64,000 nucleotides of DNA, from positions 92,705-156,704 of the forward strand of contig DATKGN010000004.1 in NCBI GenBank assembly GCA_035510735.1, in the 5' to 3' direction. Below, in pieces: positions 19,427-28,475 of this stretch (position 1 is the stretch's first letter; each line of letters opens with the position of its first letter). Origin of the DNA: Patescibacteria group bacterium. GTDB taxonomy: Bacteria; Patescibacteriota; Microgenomatia; UBA10105; UBA927. Both the position numbers and the translations under genes were made by a program. Below the pieces are notes generated by a model. The model saw only the letters and a list, made by a program, of their open reading frames with translations, searched no databases and had not been told where the DNA came from.

Positions 19427-20317
19427 ATGGCTACTTCACGATTGATCACCGATAGGATACGGATATTAAAAACGCAATATGACCGTATGCGCGCCGGAAA
19501 AGATGCATTACTTGTGCTTATTGATGAAGCGGAGGTAGCGGAAAGCGTCTATAACTCCAACGCAATTGAGAACTCGACGCTCAGTCTCCCTGAAACGGAA
19601 AAAATATTGCTTGAAATGGAAGTTTCCCGGAATATTAGTGTGCGCGAAGTGTACGAAGCAAAAAATTTAGCCCGCGTAAGTGCTTATGTACGGGCATTAT
19701 CGAAAGACCGTGAACTGTCTAAAGAACTTATATGTGCACTTCACGGGATGCTTCTGGTTGGAATAGACGATACCATTGCCGGACGATTCAGGAAGGCAAA
19801 CGAATTTGTTCGCGTAGGCACATTTATCGCGCCAGCGCCTGAACATATAGATTTATTGATGGACCGGATGTTAGAAGAATATACGAGCAATCTGACGACG
19901 TATCCTCTGGATGCGATCGCGAGGTTTCATCTGGAGATTGAAACAATTCATCCGTTTAATGACGGCAACGGTCGTATCGGAAGAGCACTCATTAACCTAC
20001 AACTACAGCGCATCGGATTTCCAAACGTTATTATCCGGGATAAAGAAAAGCAGGAATATTATCGGGGATTTACGACGTACCGTGATGACAAAAAGACGCA
20101 AATCATGGAACGCGTGCTCACAAGAGCGATAATTGAATCACTGCACAAGAGGATTACCTATTTACAGGGAGAAGAAATACTGACGCTCGCGGCCTATGTC
20201 AAAGAGCATGGGTTCGGTGCTCCCACTGTATTTAATAAAGCACGCCGGCAAACAATCCCGGCCTTCCGCGAAAAGGGAGTGTGGAAAATAGGGAAAAATT
20301 ACAATCCTAAATCCTAA
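19427..20317 (+). CDS. Fic family protein (AMPylase/adenylyltransferase-type)
   Basis: Canonical HPFNDGNGRIGR Fic motif. Confidence 0.75.
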   Translation: MATSRLITDRIRILKTQYDRMRAGKDALLVLIDEAEVAESVYNSNAIENSTLSLPETEKILLEMEVSRNISVREVYEAKNLARVSAYVRALSKDRELSKELICALHGMLLVGIDDTIAGRFRKANEFVRVGTFIAPAPEHIDLLMDRMLEEYTSNLTTYPLDAIARFHLEIETIHPFNDGNGRIGRALINLQLQRIGFPNVIIRDKEKQEYYRGFTTYRDDKKTQIMERVLTRAIIESLHKRITYLQGEEILTLAAYVKEHGFGAPTVFNKARRQTIPAFREKGVWKIGKNYNPKS

Positions 20318-20377
20318 ATCTGAAATCTTAAATCCGATATTTATCTTGCCATGAACCATGAACCATGAACGATGAAC
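20303..20377. repeat. two short tandem heptamer arrays (AATCCTA-like x4; CATGAAC x4)
   Basis: aatcctaaatcctaaatctgaaatcttaaatcc straddles the Fic stop. catgaaccatgaaccatgaacgatgaaca lies about 15 nt downstream. Confidence 0.6.
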
Positions 20378-20466
20378 AATTTAATTTTCGAGCATGAGGG
20401 GAATCCTGTGCAGGATATATCCTATAATGTTGTTTTCCTCAGGTTTTTGTGCTATGATCCGGTCTC

Positions 20467-21195
20467 ATGACCATATCGGAAGCAGACAGTTATTTACCGG
20501 AGAGCCGTCAATTACAAGACGTTTTTGAGATTGCTCAAAAGACGCATTTTACTATCGGCACAACGCTTGCGGAGATTCAACGTGCCCCGTTTGAAAAGGT
20601 TTCCCGGGCGACTTCGGATTTCATCACGACATCCGTTGCCTATTTTGCCAACCGCGGTCACTCGGAGCTTGCGCAAACCATCGGAACGTGCGCATGGAGG
20701 ATGATAAACAGGAAAGAAGTATTCCCGATGTATACGGAGAATATTCCCGTTGTCTTACACAACTATTTTGAAATTCCTGTTAACAAAATTCTCACAATGA
20801 CCGCTCCGGGAGAACCGGTATCTTTAATAGGTGTATTTCCGAAGACCGAAATTAATAAAGTTGCAGGCTTTATCATATTTCCGCCCGAGTTTCCGCTCCG
20901 CGTGATGACCAGACCAGTCGAAGCGCTGGCCACTATATCCAGTATGGCGTCGCAAATCACGGATTATTCAAACGGCAGACTGTATATCGACGCTCCGAAT
21001 ATAAAGCTACGAGCACAGGCTTTTGAAGCAGATTTTTTGCTCCACGCCCGTCGGGAAATACCGGATTTGGAATTGTCTCCTGTATTTTCACCGCTTTTAC
21101 AACTTTATCCCAAGGGGATGGAGAGCTTAGTTCCGAAACAACGATACAATCCCAACGATAATCTTCCGCCAATCAGCTTTGTCACTCTTCCATAA
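20467..21195 (+). CDS. hypothetical protein
   Basis: 242-aa ORF with no motif. Coding-like composition. Confidence 0.4.
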   Translation: MTISEADSYLPESRQLQDVFEIAQKTHFTIGTTLAEIQRAPFEKVSRATSDFITTSVAYFANRGHSELAQTIGTCAWRMINRKEVFPMYTENIPVVLHNYFEIPVNKILTMTAPGEPVSLIGVFPKTEINKVAGFIIFPPEFPLRVMTRPVEALATISSMASQITDYSNGRLYIDAPNIKLRAQAFEADFLLHARREIPDLELSPVFSPLLQLYPKGMESLVPKQRYNPNDNLPPISFVTLP

Positions 21196-21237
21196 AAGAA
21201 GATAGGAGTGCGGATTTACCACTTTTGCGCGCGGCGA

Positions 21238-21957
21238 TCACTTCAGCGGTCCGACATCGAGAAGAAGAATTTCGGTGTCACCTGCGGCTTTAAGCGTTAG
21301 CTTCGATTCCTTCGTTATCATCGCCGCCGACAGAACGGGGGCATCTATGCCGTTGACCGCGAGCGGCGCGCCCTCCAATATATATAGATAGTATCCGCGT
21401 TTGGGGTCGAGGGTTTTGGAAACGTGTTTCCCATCAGTCAAAAATAATGAATATACGGCGGCATCGGATTTTATCCTGAGCGCGCCCGCGTCACTATTGG
21501 ATACAAGCGGAAGAAACTTGTCGGTCCGGTCAGTCTTCTCAACTTTTTTCTGCTCGACAGCAGGCTCATGATCGGGCCGGTCCGGCAGAAACCAGAGCTG
21601 AATGAACCGCATGGGCGCGTCCGGTTTATTATTAATTTCCGAGTGCCACATGCCCGTGCCGACCGTCGTGTGCTGGACCCAGCCTTTTTTGAGAATCCCG
21701 CCCAGGCCCCGTTCGTCCTCATGCCGGAATTCGCCCGCCGCCACATACGTGACGACCTCATTGTACCGGTGCGGGTGCAAGGGCCACACGGCGCCGGGAG
21801 ACAGGGTATCGTCGTTACACACCCGAAGACACCCGAACCGTTCAAATTTGGGATCGAAATATTGGTCAAAGGAAAAGTGCCACCGTCCGGCGAACGTGCC
21901 GTTTACTATTTCCCCGTGTGCCTTATATATGCTTTCCGGTTTACGGATGGTAATCAT
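21238..21957 (-). CDS. pirin-like cupin protein
   Basis: N-terminal cupin His pattern (HPHRYNEVVTYV...GE) and overall length typical of the pirin/YhhW family. Confidence 0.7.
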   Translation of the reverse strand: MITIRKPESIYKAHGEIVNGTFAGRWHFSFDQYFDPKFERFGCLRVCNDDTLSPGAVWPLHPHRYNEVVTYVAAGEFRHEDERGLGGILKKGWVQHTTVGTGMWHSEINNKPDAPMRFIQLWFLPDRPDHEPAVEQKKVEKTDRTDKFLPLVSNSDAGALRIKSDAAVYSLFLTDGKHVSKTLDPKRGYYLYILEGAPLAVNGIDAPVLSAAMITKESKLTLKAAGDTEILLLDVGPLK

Positions 21958-22113
21958 ATGAGACTTTAGTTTACCATTTTGTAAGCTATATTACATTTAG
22001 ACAGGGGAAACGTGTGAATCGGGCGTGAGGGGAGTAAAATTAACCCCTTGAGTCTAAGAGTACTGTGAATTACATAACAAAAATTTGAAATACCATACTC
22101 TATAATTTGATGA

Positions 22114-22770
22114 ATGGCGTATATCTTTTTAGATGAGAGTGGAGATTTGGGGTTCAAATCTGACAAAAGGAATTCAACATACTTCATTATTTCTGTTATT
22201 TCCTGTGAAGATAAGAAAAAGTTAGAAAAGGCAGTGAAAAAAGTTCATAGATCCCTTCGGAAAAAAGGTATTCGACTGTCCGCTGGTATACTTCATTGCT
22301 ATAAAGAAAAACCAGCTACGAGAAGAAAAATGTTACGTCTGTTGGCGGAATCAAAGATTTCAATTATGACTATTTGTTTAAACAAAAAGCGTGTCTACAC
22401 AAACTTACAGGAAGAAAAGCACGAACTATATAATTATGTGGTCAATATTCTTCTTGATAGAATAATGACAAAGCAACTTGTTATAAGTTCGGGAAGAATT
22501 TCACTTATTGCGTCTAAACGGGAAACGAATAAGTTCTTGAATGAGAATTTTTCTTCGTATCTTTCGGTTCAGGTTGAACGAAACCATAAAGTAAAGTTAG
22601 AAATACTCGTTCGTACCCCCGCAGCTGAAAAAAGCCTTCAGGCAGCTGATTTTGTCAGCTGGGCGATTTTTAAGAAGTATGAAAAGAACGATGACTCCTA
22701 TTATCGAATAATAAAGGATTTGATTATTGAGGAAAATATGCTTTTTGGCCCAAATACGACAAAACCCTAG
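22114..22770 (+). CDS. DUF3800-family protein (paralog A)
   Basis: N-terminal YIFLDESGD matches the conserved DES motif that defines DUF3800. Confidence 0.55.
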   Translation: MAYIFLDESGDLGFKSDKRNSTYFIISVISCEDKKKLEKAVKKVHRSLRKKGIRLSAGILHCYKEKPATRRKMLRLLAESKISIMTICLNKKRVYTNLQEEKHELYNYVVNILLDRIMTKQLVISSGRISLIASKRETNKFLNENFSSYLSVQVERNHKVKLEILVRTPAAEKSLQAADFVSWAIFKKYEKNDDSYYRIIKDLIIEENMLFGPNTTKP

Positions 22771-22881
22771 ACGCTATTTACGAGGAACCATCCGGAACCC
22801 CACGCCCAGGGAATTACTTGTCACTTACTATTATATCCCAGAAGTCAAAGTTAGCAAAATTAAGAGTTTACACTGGGCCGT

Positions 22882-22945
22882 CGAAGTGAGCGTGAGCCTG
22901 CCCGCCGAAGCCGGTGCTTTGTCTGCGTAGGCAGGGGGAGTATAA
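22882..22945. repeat. intergenic hairpin + promoter-like module, copy 3 (variant stem)
   Basis: gaagtgagcgtgagcctgcccgccgaagccggtgctttgtctgcgtaggcagggggagtataattt. Shares gagcgtgagc, the hairpin and GGGGGAGTATAATTT with copy 4. Confidence 0.55.
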
Positions 22946-22979
22946 TTTGGGAGAATATTAATAGTAATATTTTACTTGT

Positions 22980-23777
22980 ATGGTAGTTACAAAAACGAAG
23001 CTTCCAGTTGTATACATGGATGAAACCGGGAATAAGGAGTCTGATCGATTTTTTGTGGTTGGTTTTCTTAGTGTGAGTGACACAGAACAGCTAAATAGTG
23101 AATTGATGAGAATAAAAGAGCAAATAGAGGCCCTTTCTCGATTTAATAGATTAAAACATGTTCAAATGCTGAAAAGTGAAGGTGATATAGAACAGTTATA
23201 TAATTTTGCCAAATCTGCTGGCACATTTGAGTTGAAGTTTAAACATATCACAGAAGAAAATATTCGGTTTTTTAAAATATTAATAAAAATATTAATTCAT
23301 CGAATTGATTTTCGTTTTGATGCACTCGTTATTGACAGAAAAGATCCAAACTATCGGCATACAGACCTCTCTGACATGTATAAGATAATTACACACTTGT
23401 ACTTTAATCATAGATGTAAAGTAGGTTCTATTTTTGTTCCGGATAGTTTTGATTATCGATGGAATTGGGCATCTATGCTCAATAATCCACAAATAGTCGC
23501 GATTATTCCCAGTTCATCACATGCTTTATTAGCGCTTCAAACAGTTGACATCCTTACGGGGTTAGTGGCCCAAGGGTTAAAAAATAAAGCGGACTATACA
23601 AATAAGGACAAAGTGCGGGCCTCTTTGCTTAAAGTTTTTACTGAAGAAGCAAAGGTATCGATTGAGAAATCAGTTACGGTGAATAAACCAAAATATATAA
23701 GCATTTGGACGATAGACTTTTCAAGAACGAAAAAAGGAGCTCAAAGCATGGACAAAAAATCCAACCTTGGCTCCTAA
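22980..23777 (+). CDS. DUF3800-family protein (paralog B)
   Basis: N-terminal VVYMDETGN (DES-type motif). Similar length and architecture to the upstream paralog. Confidence 0.5.
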   Translation: MVVTKTKLPVVYMDETGNKESDRFFVVGFLSVSDTEQLNSELMRIKEQIEALSRFNRLKHVQMLKSEGDIEQLYNFAKSAGTFELKFKHITEENIRFFKILIKILIHRIDFRFDALVIDRKDPNYRHTDLSDMYKIITHLYFNHRCKVGSIFVPDSFDYRWNWASMLNNPQIVAIIPSSSHALLALQTVDILTGLVAQGLKNKADYTNKDKVRASLLKVFTEEAKVSIEKSVTVNKPKYISIWTIDFSRTKKGAQSMDKKSNLGS

Positions 23778-24089
23778 CAAGCTAATAATAACACGAAGGG
23801 AAGATAATTACAATTTATATATTTCGAGCGAGGGGTCACGTTAGAGCATAGAAGATAGATGTTTCTACCTCGAAGGTGGAAGTAGATAGTAAGGCCAACA
23901 AATTCGATATAAATAAAATAAGCCCCTTATAAGCTAGACGAGTTGCCTCGTGCAAGGCATGAAGCCTACTTTCACGTATAAGGAGCCTAATTACTTAGTT
24001 ACAGTATACCAAGAACTGTTAAGTTAACGCAAATAAGCACAATTTTCGTATTCCGAGTGTGAGGGGAGTATAGTGAGGTCATCTTCATT

Positions 24090-24443
24090 ATGAAATCACA
24101 TCTACAATTTGCCGAAGGGCTGATGCATCTCATGGATAGCAAGTTTAAGCTATTCGGCATCAAATTCGGCATCGACCCGTTTTTGGATTTCATTCCGGGT
24201 CTGGGAAGCCTGATCGGGGCATTCGTATCCTGTTACCTCTTTTGGATAGCCTACAAGTTGCACGTTCCGTCAAAAATTTATTGGCGGATGGGATGGCATA
24301 TATTTCTGGATTTCATACTCGGCGAACTACCGTTTATCGGATTCTTCTTTGACCTCTGGTACAAATCAAATGATATTAACCTCAAACTTCTGTACCCCTT
24401 CGTCGATCCTGAGGTTTTGGAAGGAGTGTTGGTTGAAGGATAG
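24090..24443 (+). CDS. DUF4112-like small membrane protein
   Basis: FGIKFGIDPFLDFIPGLGSLIGAFVS matches the DUF4112 core. Two TM helices. Confidence 0.5.
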   Translation: MKSHLQFAEGLMHLMDSKFKLFGIKFGIDPFLDFIPGLGSLIGAFVSCYLFWIAYKLHVPSKIYWRMGWHIFLDFILGELPFIGFFFDLWYKSNDINLKLLYPFVDPEVLEGVLVEG

Positions 24444-24532
24444 GGAGAGTTTACACTGCCTGCCCGTCTGAAGCCTCATGCGTAGGAGGGAGCTTGCCGA
24501 AGTAGCCTGCACTGAGCGTAGCCGAAGTGAAG

Positions 24533-24598
24533 TGTATTTCGAGCGTGAGCTTGCCTGTCTACCTGTGCAGACAGGCGCAGCCAGGGGGAGTATAATTT
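24533..24598. repeat. intergenic hairpin + promoter-like module, copy 4
   Basis: gtgtatttcgagcgtgagcttgcctgtctacctgtgcagacaggcgcagccagggggagtataatttt. The TATAAT lies about 13 nt before the RadC-like ATG. Confidence 0.6.
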
Positions 24599-24608
24599 TA
24601 ATGTATTT

Positions 24609-25292
24609 ATGCACAAGGATTTATACAAAAACGCCGGTCATAGAAAACGATTAAGAGACAGATTTTTACAATCAGGTTTTGATGGATTCGTAGACTACGA
24701 AATTATTGAACTACTTTTAACTCTTGGCACCCCTAGAAAAGACTGTAAACAGACGGCGAAAAATGCGATTAAAAAGTTTGGAGGGCTATATGGTACACTC
24801 GATGCCTCCCTTGAGGAATTACAAAAAATCAAGGGGATTGGACAATATAACGCATTCGGTTTGAAGTTGTTTCAAGCAATTACTGAGCGTCTTGCAAGAG
24901 AGCAAGTACCAAAAAAAATTACACTAAATTCTTTAAAGTCAGTAGCAAATTATTTACAGATGTCTATTGGTCGAAAAAAGAAAGAGTATTTTGTTATGTT
25001 GTCTATCGATTCACGGAACAATTTAATAAAGGTTAGTAATATTTCAGTTGGTTCGCTTAATGAAAGCGTAGTTCATCCAAGAGAGGTTTTTAAAGAAGCA
25101 ATTCAATCGTCCGCGGCACAGATATTAATCGCACATAATCATCCGTCAGACAATCCTGAAGCATCGCCCGAAGATGTTGCGCTCACACGACGCCTTGTGG
25201 AAGTGGCAAGAATTTTCGATATTCAGTTACTTGATCATATAATCGTAACTAAGAATAATTTTTTTAGTTTAAAAGAACAAAATTTAATTTAA
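24609..25292 (+). CDS. RadC-like JAB/MPN domain protein (UPF0758)
   Basis: HNHPSDNPEASPED JAMM-like motif. Helix-hairpin-helix GIGQYNAFG. Confidence 0.75.
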   Translation: MHKDLYKNAGHRKRLRDRFLQSGFDGFVDYEIIELLLTLGTPRKDCKQTAKNAIKKFGGLYGTLDASLEELQKIKGIGQYNAFGLKLFQAITERLAREQVPKKITLNSLKSVANYLQMSIGRKKKEYFVMLSIDSRNNLIKVSNISVGSLNESVVHPREVFKEAIQSSAAQILIAHNHPSDNPEASPEDVALTRRLVEVARIFDIQLLDHIIVTKNNFFSLKEQNLI

Positions 25293-25296
25293 GTTT

Positions 25297-25650
25297 ATGT
25301 CTGACATAAAAAAACTTACGAGAAAAATTATGAAATTTAGGGATGATCGAGATTGGAAGAAGTTTCATAATCCAAAAGATGTCGCCTTGTCACTAGTATT
25401 AGAGGCGACTGAGGTTTTAGAAAAATTTCAATGGAAAAATCAAAAGGAAACTGAAGAATATATAAGAACAAACAAGGCGGATATCGGCGAAGAACTAGCA
25501 GACGTTTTATATTGGATTTTACTAATGAGTTATGATCTCGATATAAATATTAACCGGGCCCTAGAAAATAAGATTAAGAAAAATGAAAGACATTATCCCG
25601 TAGATAAAGCAAAAGGCAAACATGTTAAATATACGGAGCTTAAAATATGA
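25297..25650 (+). CDS. MazG-like nucleoside-triphosphate pyrophosphohydrolase
   Basis: All-alpha NTP-PPase signature EATEVLEKF...EEYI...GEELADVLYWIL (EExxE...E..D). Confidence 0.65.
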   Translation: MSDIKKLTRKIMKFRDDRDWKKFHNPKDVALSLVLEATEVLEKFQWKNQKETEEYIRTNKADIGEELADVLYWILLMSYDLDININRALENKIKKNERHYPVDKAKGKHVKYTELKI

Positions 25651-27494
25651 TTCTCTACGATGCGGATATTGAACATTTTAGTGAAGATGTAATGCAGAAT
25701 CGCATTGCTGACCGCGCATCCGAAAAATATCAAGAATATTATAAGAGGCAACCAGGAAAGTCTGAATATCGTTCGTGGGCAATTTCATTGGCAATTTTAA
25801 ATAACAGCTTCATGTATGCCGGACTTAAAGACAATCATATAGTTGTCGAATATGAACTGCCATTTGCTTCACAAAGGATTGATGTATTATTGTTCGGACA
25901 TGATAGTGTCGGAAAAGAAAATATAGTAATAATGGAACTTAAACAATGGTCAAACGATAGCGTGAAAGACTCTGCTTCAGAAGGAAACATAATCGTTAAT
26001 TATGGAAGATTTGAAAAGGAACGACCTCATCCAGCTCTACAGGTGCAGGGTTATTATTTTGGCCTAAAGGATTTTGTTAAAATTTTTGATGAAACGAATG
26101 CACCAGAATTGAGCGCATCAGTATATGCACACAACTATTCAAAATACAAAGACGCTGTTTTACTTTCTCCTAAATATTCTGAATTAATCAAAACATTCCC
26201 CATATTTACAAAAGAAGACGCAATCGAACTAGGCAGATATCTTAATGAACGTCTGCACAACGGTAAGGGACAAATGGTTTATGAGCATTTTGCTAGGAGT
26301 CCGATTGGCCCATCAAAAAAACTTCTAGATCACACAAGTGAAATGATTAATAAGCGACAGATATTTAATTTAATAGATGATCAAATTGTTGCTTACAATA
26401 CCATAAAACACAAAGCGAAAGAGTTGGCTACAACAAAAAAGAAATCTGTTGTAATTGTAAAAGGTGGTCCAGGTACTGGGAAGTCTGTTATAGCATTAGA
26501 GGTTATGGGGGAACTATTGCGGCAAGGAAAAACTGTTTTTCATGCTACTGGAGGTTCAGCATTTACGAACACACTAAGGAAGATAGTCGGTATACGGGCG
26601 AAAGGTCTTTTTAAATTCTTCTTTAATTTCACCAAACTTCCTGATAATTCTGTCGACGTATTAATTTGCGATGAAGCTCATCGTATCCGCGAAAATAGTA
26701 ACGACTACGGCGTTCCATTCATGTTCAAATCACGTAATCCACAGATTGATGATTTAATACGTCCTGCAAGGCTATGCATATTCTTTATAGATGAGTTTCA
26801 GGTAGTAAGACCGAAAGAAGTTGGAAGTGTTGCAATGATTAAGGAGGCTGCTAAACGATTTGGGGTTAATGAATCTGAGATTTCTGAATTTGAGTTAAAA
26901 ACACAATTTCGCTGTTCAGGCTCAGATGCGTATTTGCAATGGATAGATAATATTTTGAATATTTGTGATTCTGATATTGCCTACATTGATCCTAAAATGG
27001 AATTCCGTATTTTTGACTCGCCATCAAAAATGTTGGAAGAAATTAGAATTAAAAATCGTGAGAAAAAGAACTCAGCAAGAATTGTTGCTGGATTTTGTTG
27101 GCCTTGGAGCAATCCGAACGCTGATGGTTCTCTTGTAAACGATGTAAAAATTGATAACTTTGAAATGCCTTGGGAGCAAAAAAATCAATTCTGGAAATGG
27201 GCAACTGACGATTCAGGAATGGAACAAGTTGGTACTGTATATACGGCACAGGGATTTGAATTTGACTACATAGGTGTAATCTTTGGAAAAGATTTAATCT
27301 ACGATGGTAATAAATGGGTTGCTATTCCAGAAAATTCTTATGACACTCAAGTTAAAAGAAAAAATTCAAATTTAGTAAATCATTTGAAACACATTTACAG
27401 AGTATTAATGACGAGAGCGCACAGAGGAGTCTTTGTTTATTTTATGGACAAGAGCACTGAGAAATATTTTAAAGAAAATTTGAATAGCAAATAA
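25647..27494 (+). CDS. DUF2075-type P-loop ATPase/helicase-like protein with N-terminal PD-(D/E)XK nuclease domain
   Basis: N-terminal IDVLLF...IMELKQ (D-E-K). Walker A GGPGTGKS. LICDEAHRI (DEAH-like). C-terminal YTAQGFEFDYIGVI. The 4-nt overlap with the MazG-like gene implies co-translation. Confidence 0.7.
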   Translation: MILYDADIEHFSEDVMQNRIADRASEKYQEYYKRQPGKSEYRSWAISLAILNNSFMYAGLKDNHIVVEYELPFASQRIDVLLFGHDSVGKENIVIMELKQWSNDSVKDSASEGNIIVNYGRFEKERPHPALQVQGYYFGLKDFVKIFDETNAPELSASVYAHNYSKYKDAVLLSPKYSELIKTFPIFTKEDAIELGRYLNERLHNGKGQMVYEHFARSPIGPSKKLLDHTSEMINKRQIFNLIDDQIVAYNTIKHKAKELATTKKKSVVIVKGGPGTGKSVIALEVMGELLRQGKTVFHATGGSAFTNTLRKIVGIRAKGLFKFFFNFTKLPDNSVDVLICDEAHRIRENSNDYGVPFMFKSRNPQIDDLIRPARLCIFFIDEFQVVRPKEVGSVAMIKEAAKRFGVNESEISEFELKTQFRCSGSDAYLQWIDNILNICDSDIAYIDPKMEFRIFDSPSKMLEEIRIKNREKKNSARIVAGFCWPWSNPNADGSLVNDVKIDNFEMPWEQKNQFWKWATDDSGMEQVGTVYTAQGFEFDYIGVIFGKDLIYDGNKWVAIPENSYDTQVKRKNSNLVNHLKHIYRVLMTRAHRGVFVYFMDKSTEKYFKENLNSK

Positions 27495-27640
27495 GTCAAA
27501 TGATTTATTAACTCCCCGGCCGTATGCCAGAGGAAATTGAAATTGTTGAGAAAAGCACAAAATAATTATGTATAAATTGTCACCGTCCGACTTCGTCCCA
27601 CATTACATTGGAACGGCGTCCAAGGGAGTAAAATATAAAT

Positions 27641-28312
27641 ATGTTTAAGGTATCTCCCTCGGACTTCGCGTACCTGTATGAAGAATGCAAGCATTGTTAT
27701 TATCTCAAGGTCAGGAGGGGAATTACACGACCGCAGGCGGTGATGCCGGGGATCTTTACCGCGATCAATACGCGGCTGCAAGGCATGCTGGTTGGAAAGG
27801 ACTTGCGGACACTTTCTCCGCTACTCCCCGAGGGGTTAGTTGAGAGTCAGGAGGGGTTTGTGGAGTCGGAGAAAGTTCCGGGGACAGAGGTGTATATCAA
27901 AGGAAAATATGACTTACTCGTTCTCCAGCCCGACGGCACGTACATGCTTGTCGATTTTAAATTAAGTCAGCCGAGCGAGGATAAAATTCCCAAGTATCAG
28001 ACCCAGCTCCAGGCGTATCACTATGCGTTTTTGCACCCGGCCAAAGGTGAAATTAAAAATATTACGAAGATGGGGCTTATCATCATGTATCCCGATAAAG
28101 TGAAATTTGAAGAGGGGACGGCCATCCTTTCTTTCCCGCCGAAGTGGATGGGTATTGATATTAACACGGATAAATTTTTAGACTTTATCAATTCGGTAAG
28201 TACGCTTCTCGAGGGTCCGACCCCGCCTGAAAATCCCAACTGCAAGTGGTGCAAATACAGGCATTTAGGCGAAGCGCTCAATTATCCGTCATCCTCCATC
28301 GATCCGTTTTAA
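27641..28312 (+). CDS. Cas4-like Fe-S PD-(D/E)XK nuclease (standalone)
   Basis: N-terminal CKHC and C-terminal CKWC cysteine pairs bracket a DLLVLQPDGTYMLVDFK nuclease core. Confidence 0.5.
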   Translation: MFKVSPSDFAYLYEECKHCYYLKVRRGITRPQAVMPGIFTAINTRLQGMLVGKDLRTLSPLLPEGLVESQEGFVESEKVPGTEVYIKGKYDLLVLQPDGTYMLVDFKLSQPSEDKIPKYQTQLQAYHYAFLHPAKGEIKNITKMGLIIMYPDKVKFEEGTAILSFPPKWMGIDINTDKFLDFINSVSTLLEGPTPPENPNCKWCKYRHLGEALNYPSSSIDPF

Positions 28313-28475
28313 CCCTTCGCTATTATTGTTATTTATACGTGATAATGATAGAACAGAGCTCATGGCCGGTGATTTTAAAGATCAAGGGGAATTAAAGGAA
28401 GAAATCCGCTCGGTACTCATTCCCGGTAATCTCGTTTGGGGTACGGGACTTTATGAAGGCAAATAGCCTTCTCTT

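Noticed and set aside
21471-21969. Three overlapping 119-133-aa ORFs around the pirin gene
   Set aside because: Overlapping frames of a GC-rich cupin gene, with no independent signals. The pirin-like frame is the only one with recognisable motifs.
28330-28475. Possible small RNA or terminator between the Cas4-like gene and the next ORF
   Set aside because: No convincing stem-loop with a T-tract could be found by eye. Insufficient evidence.
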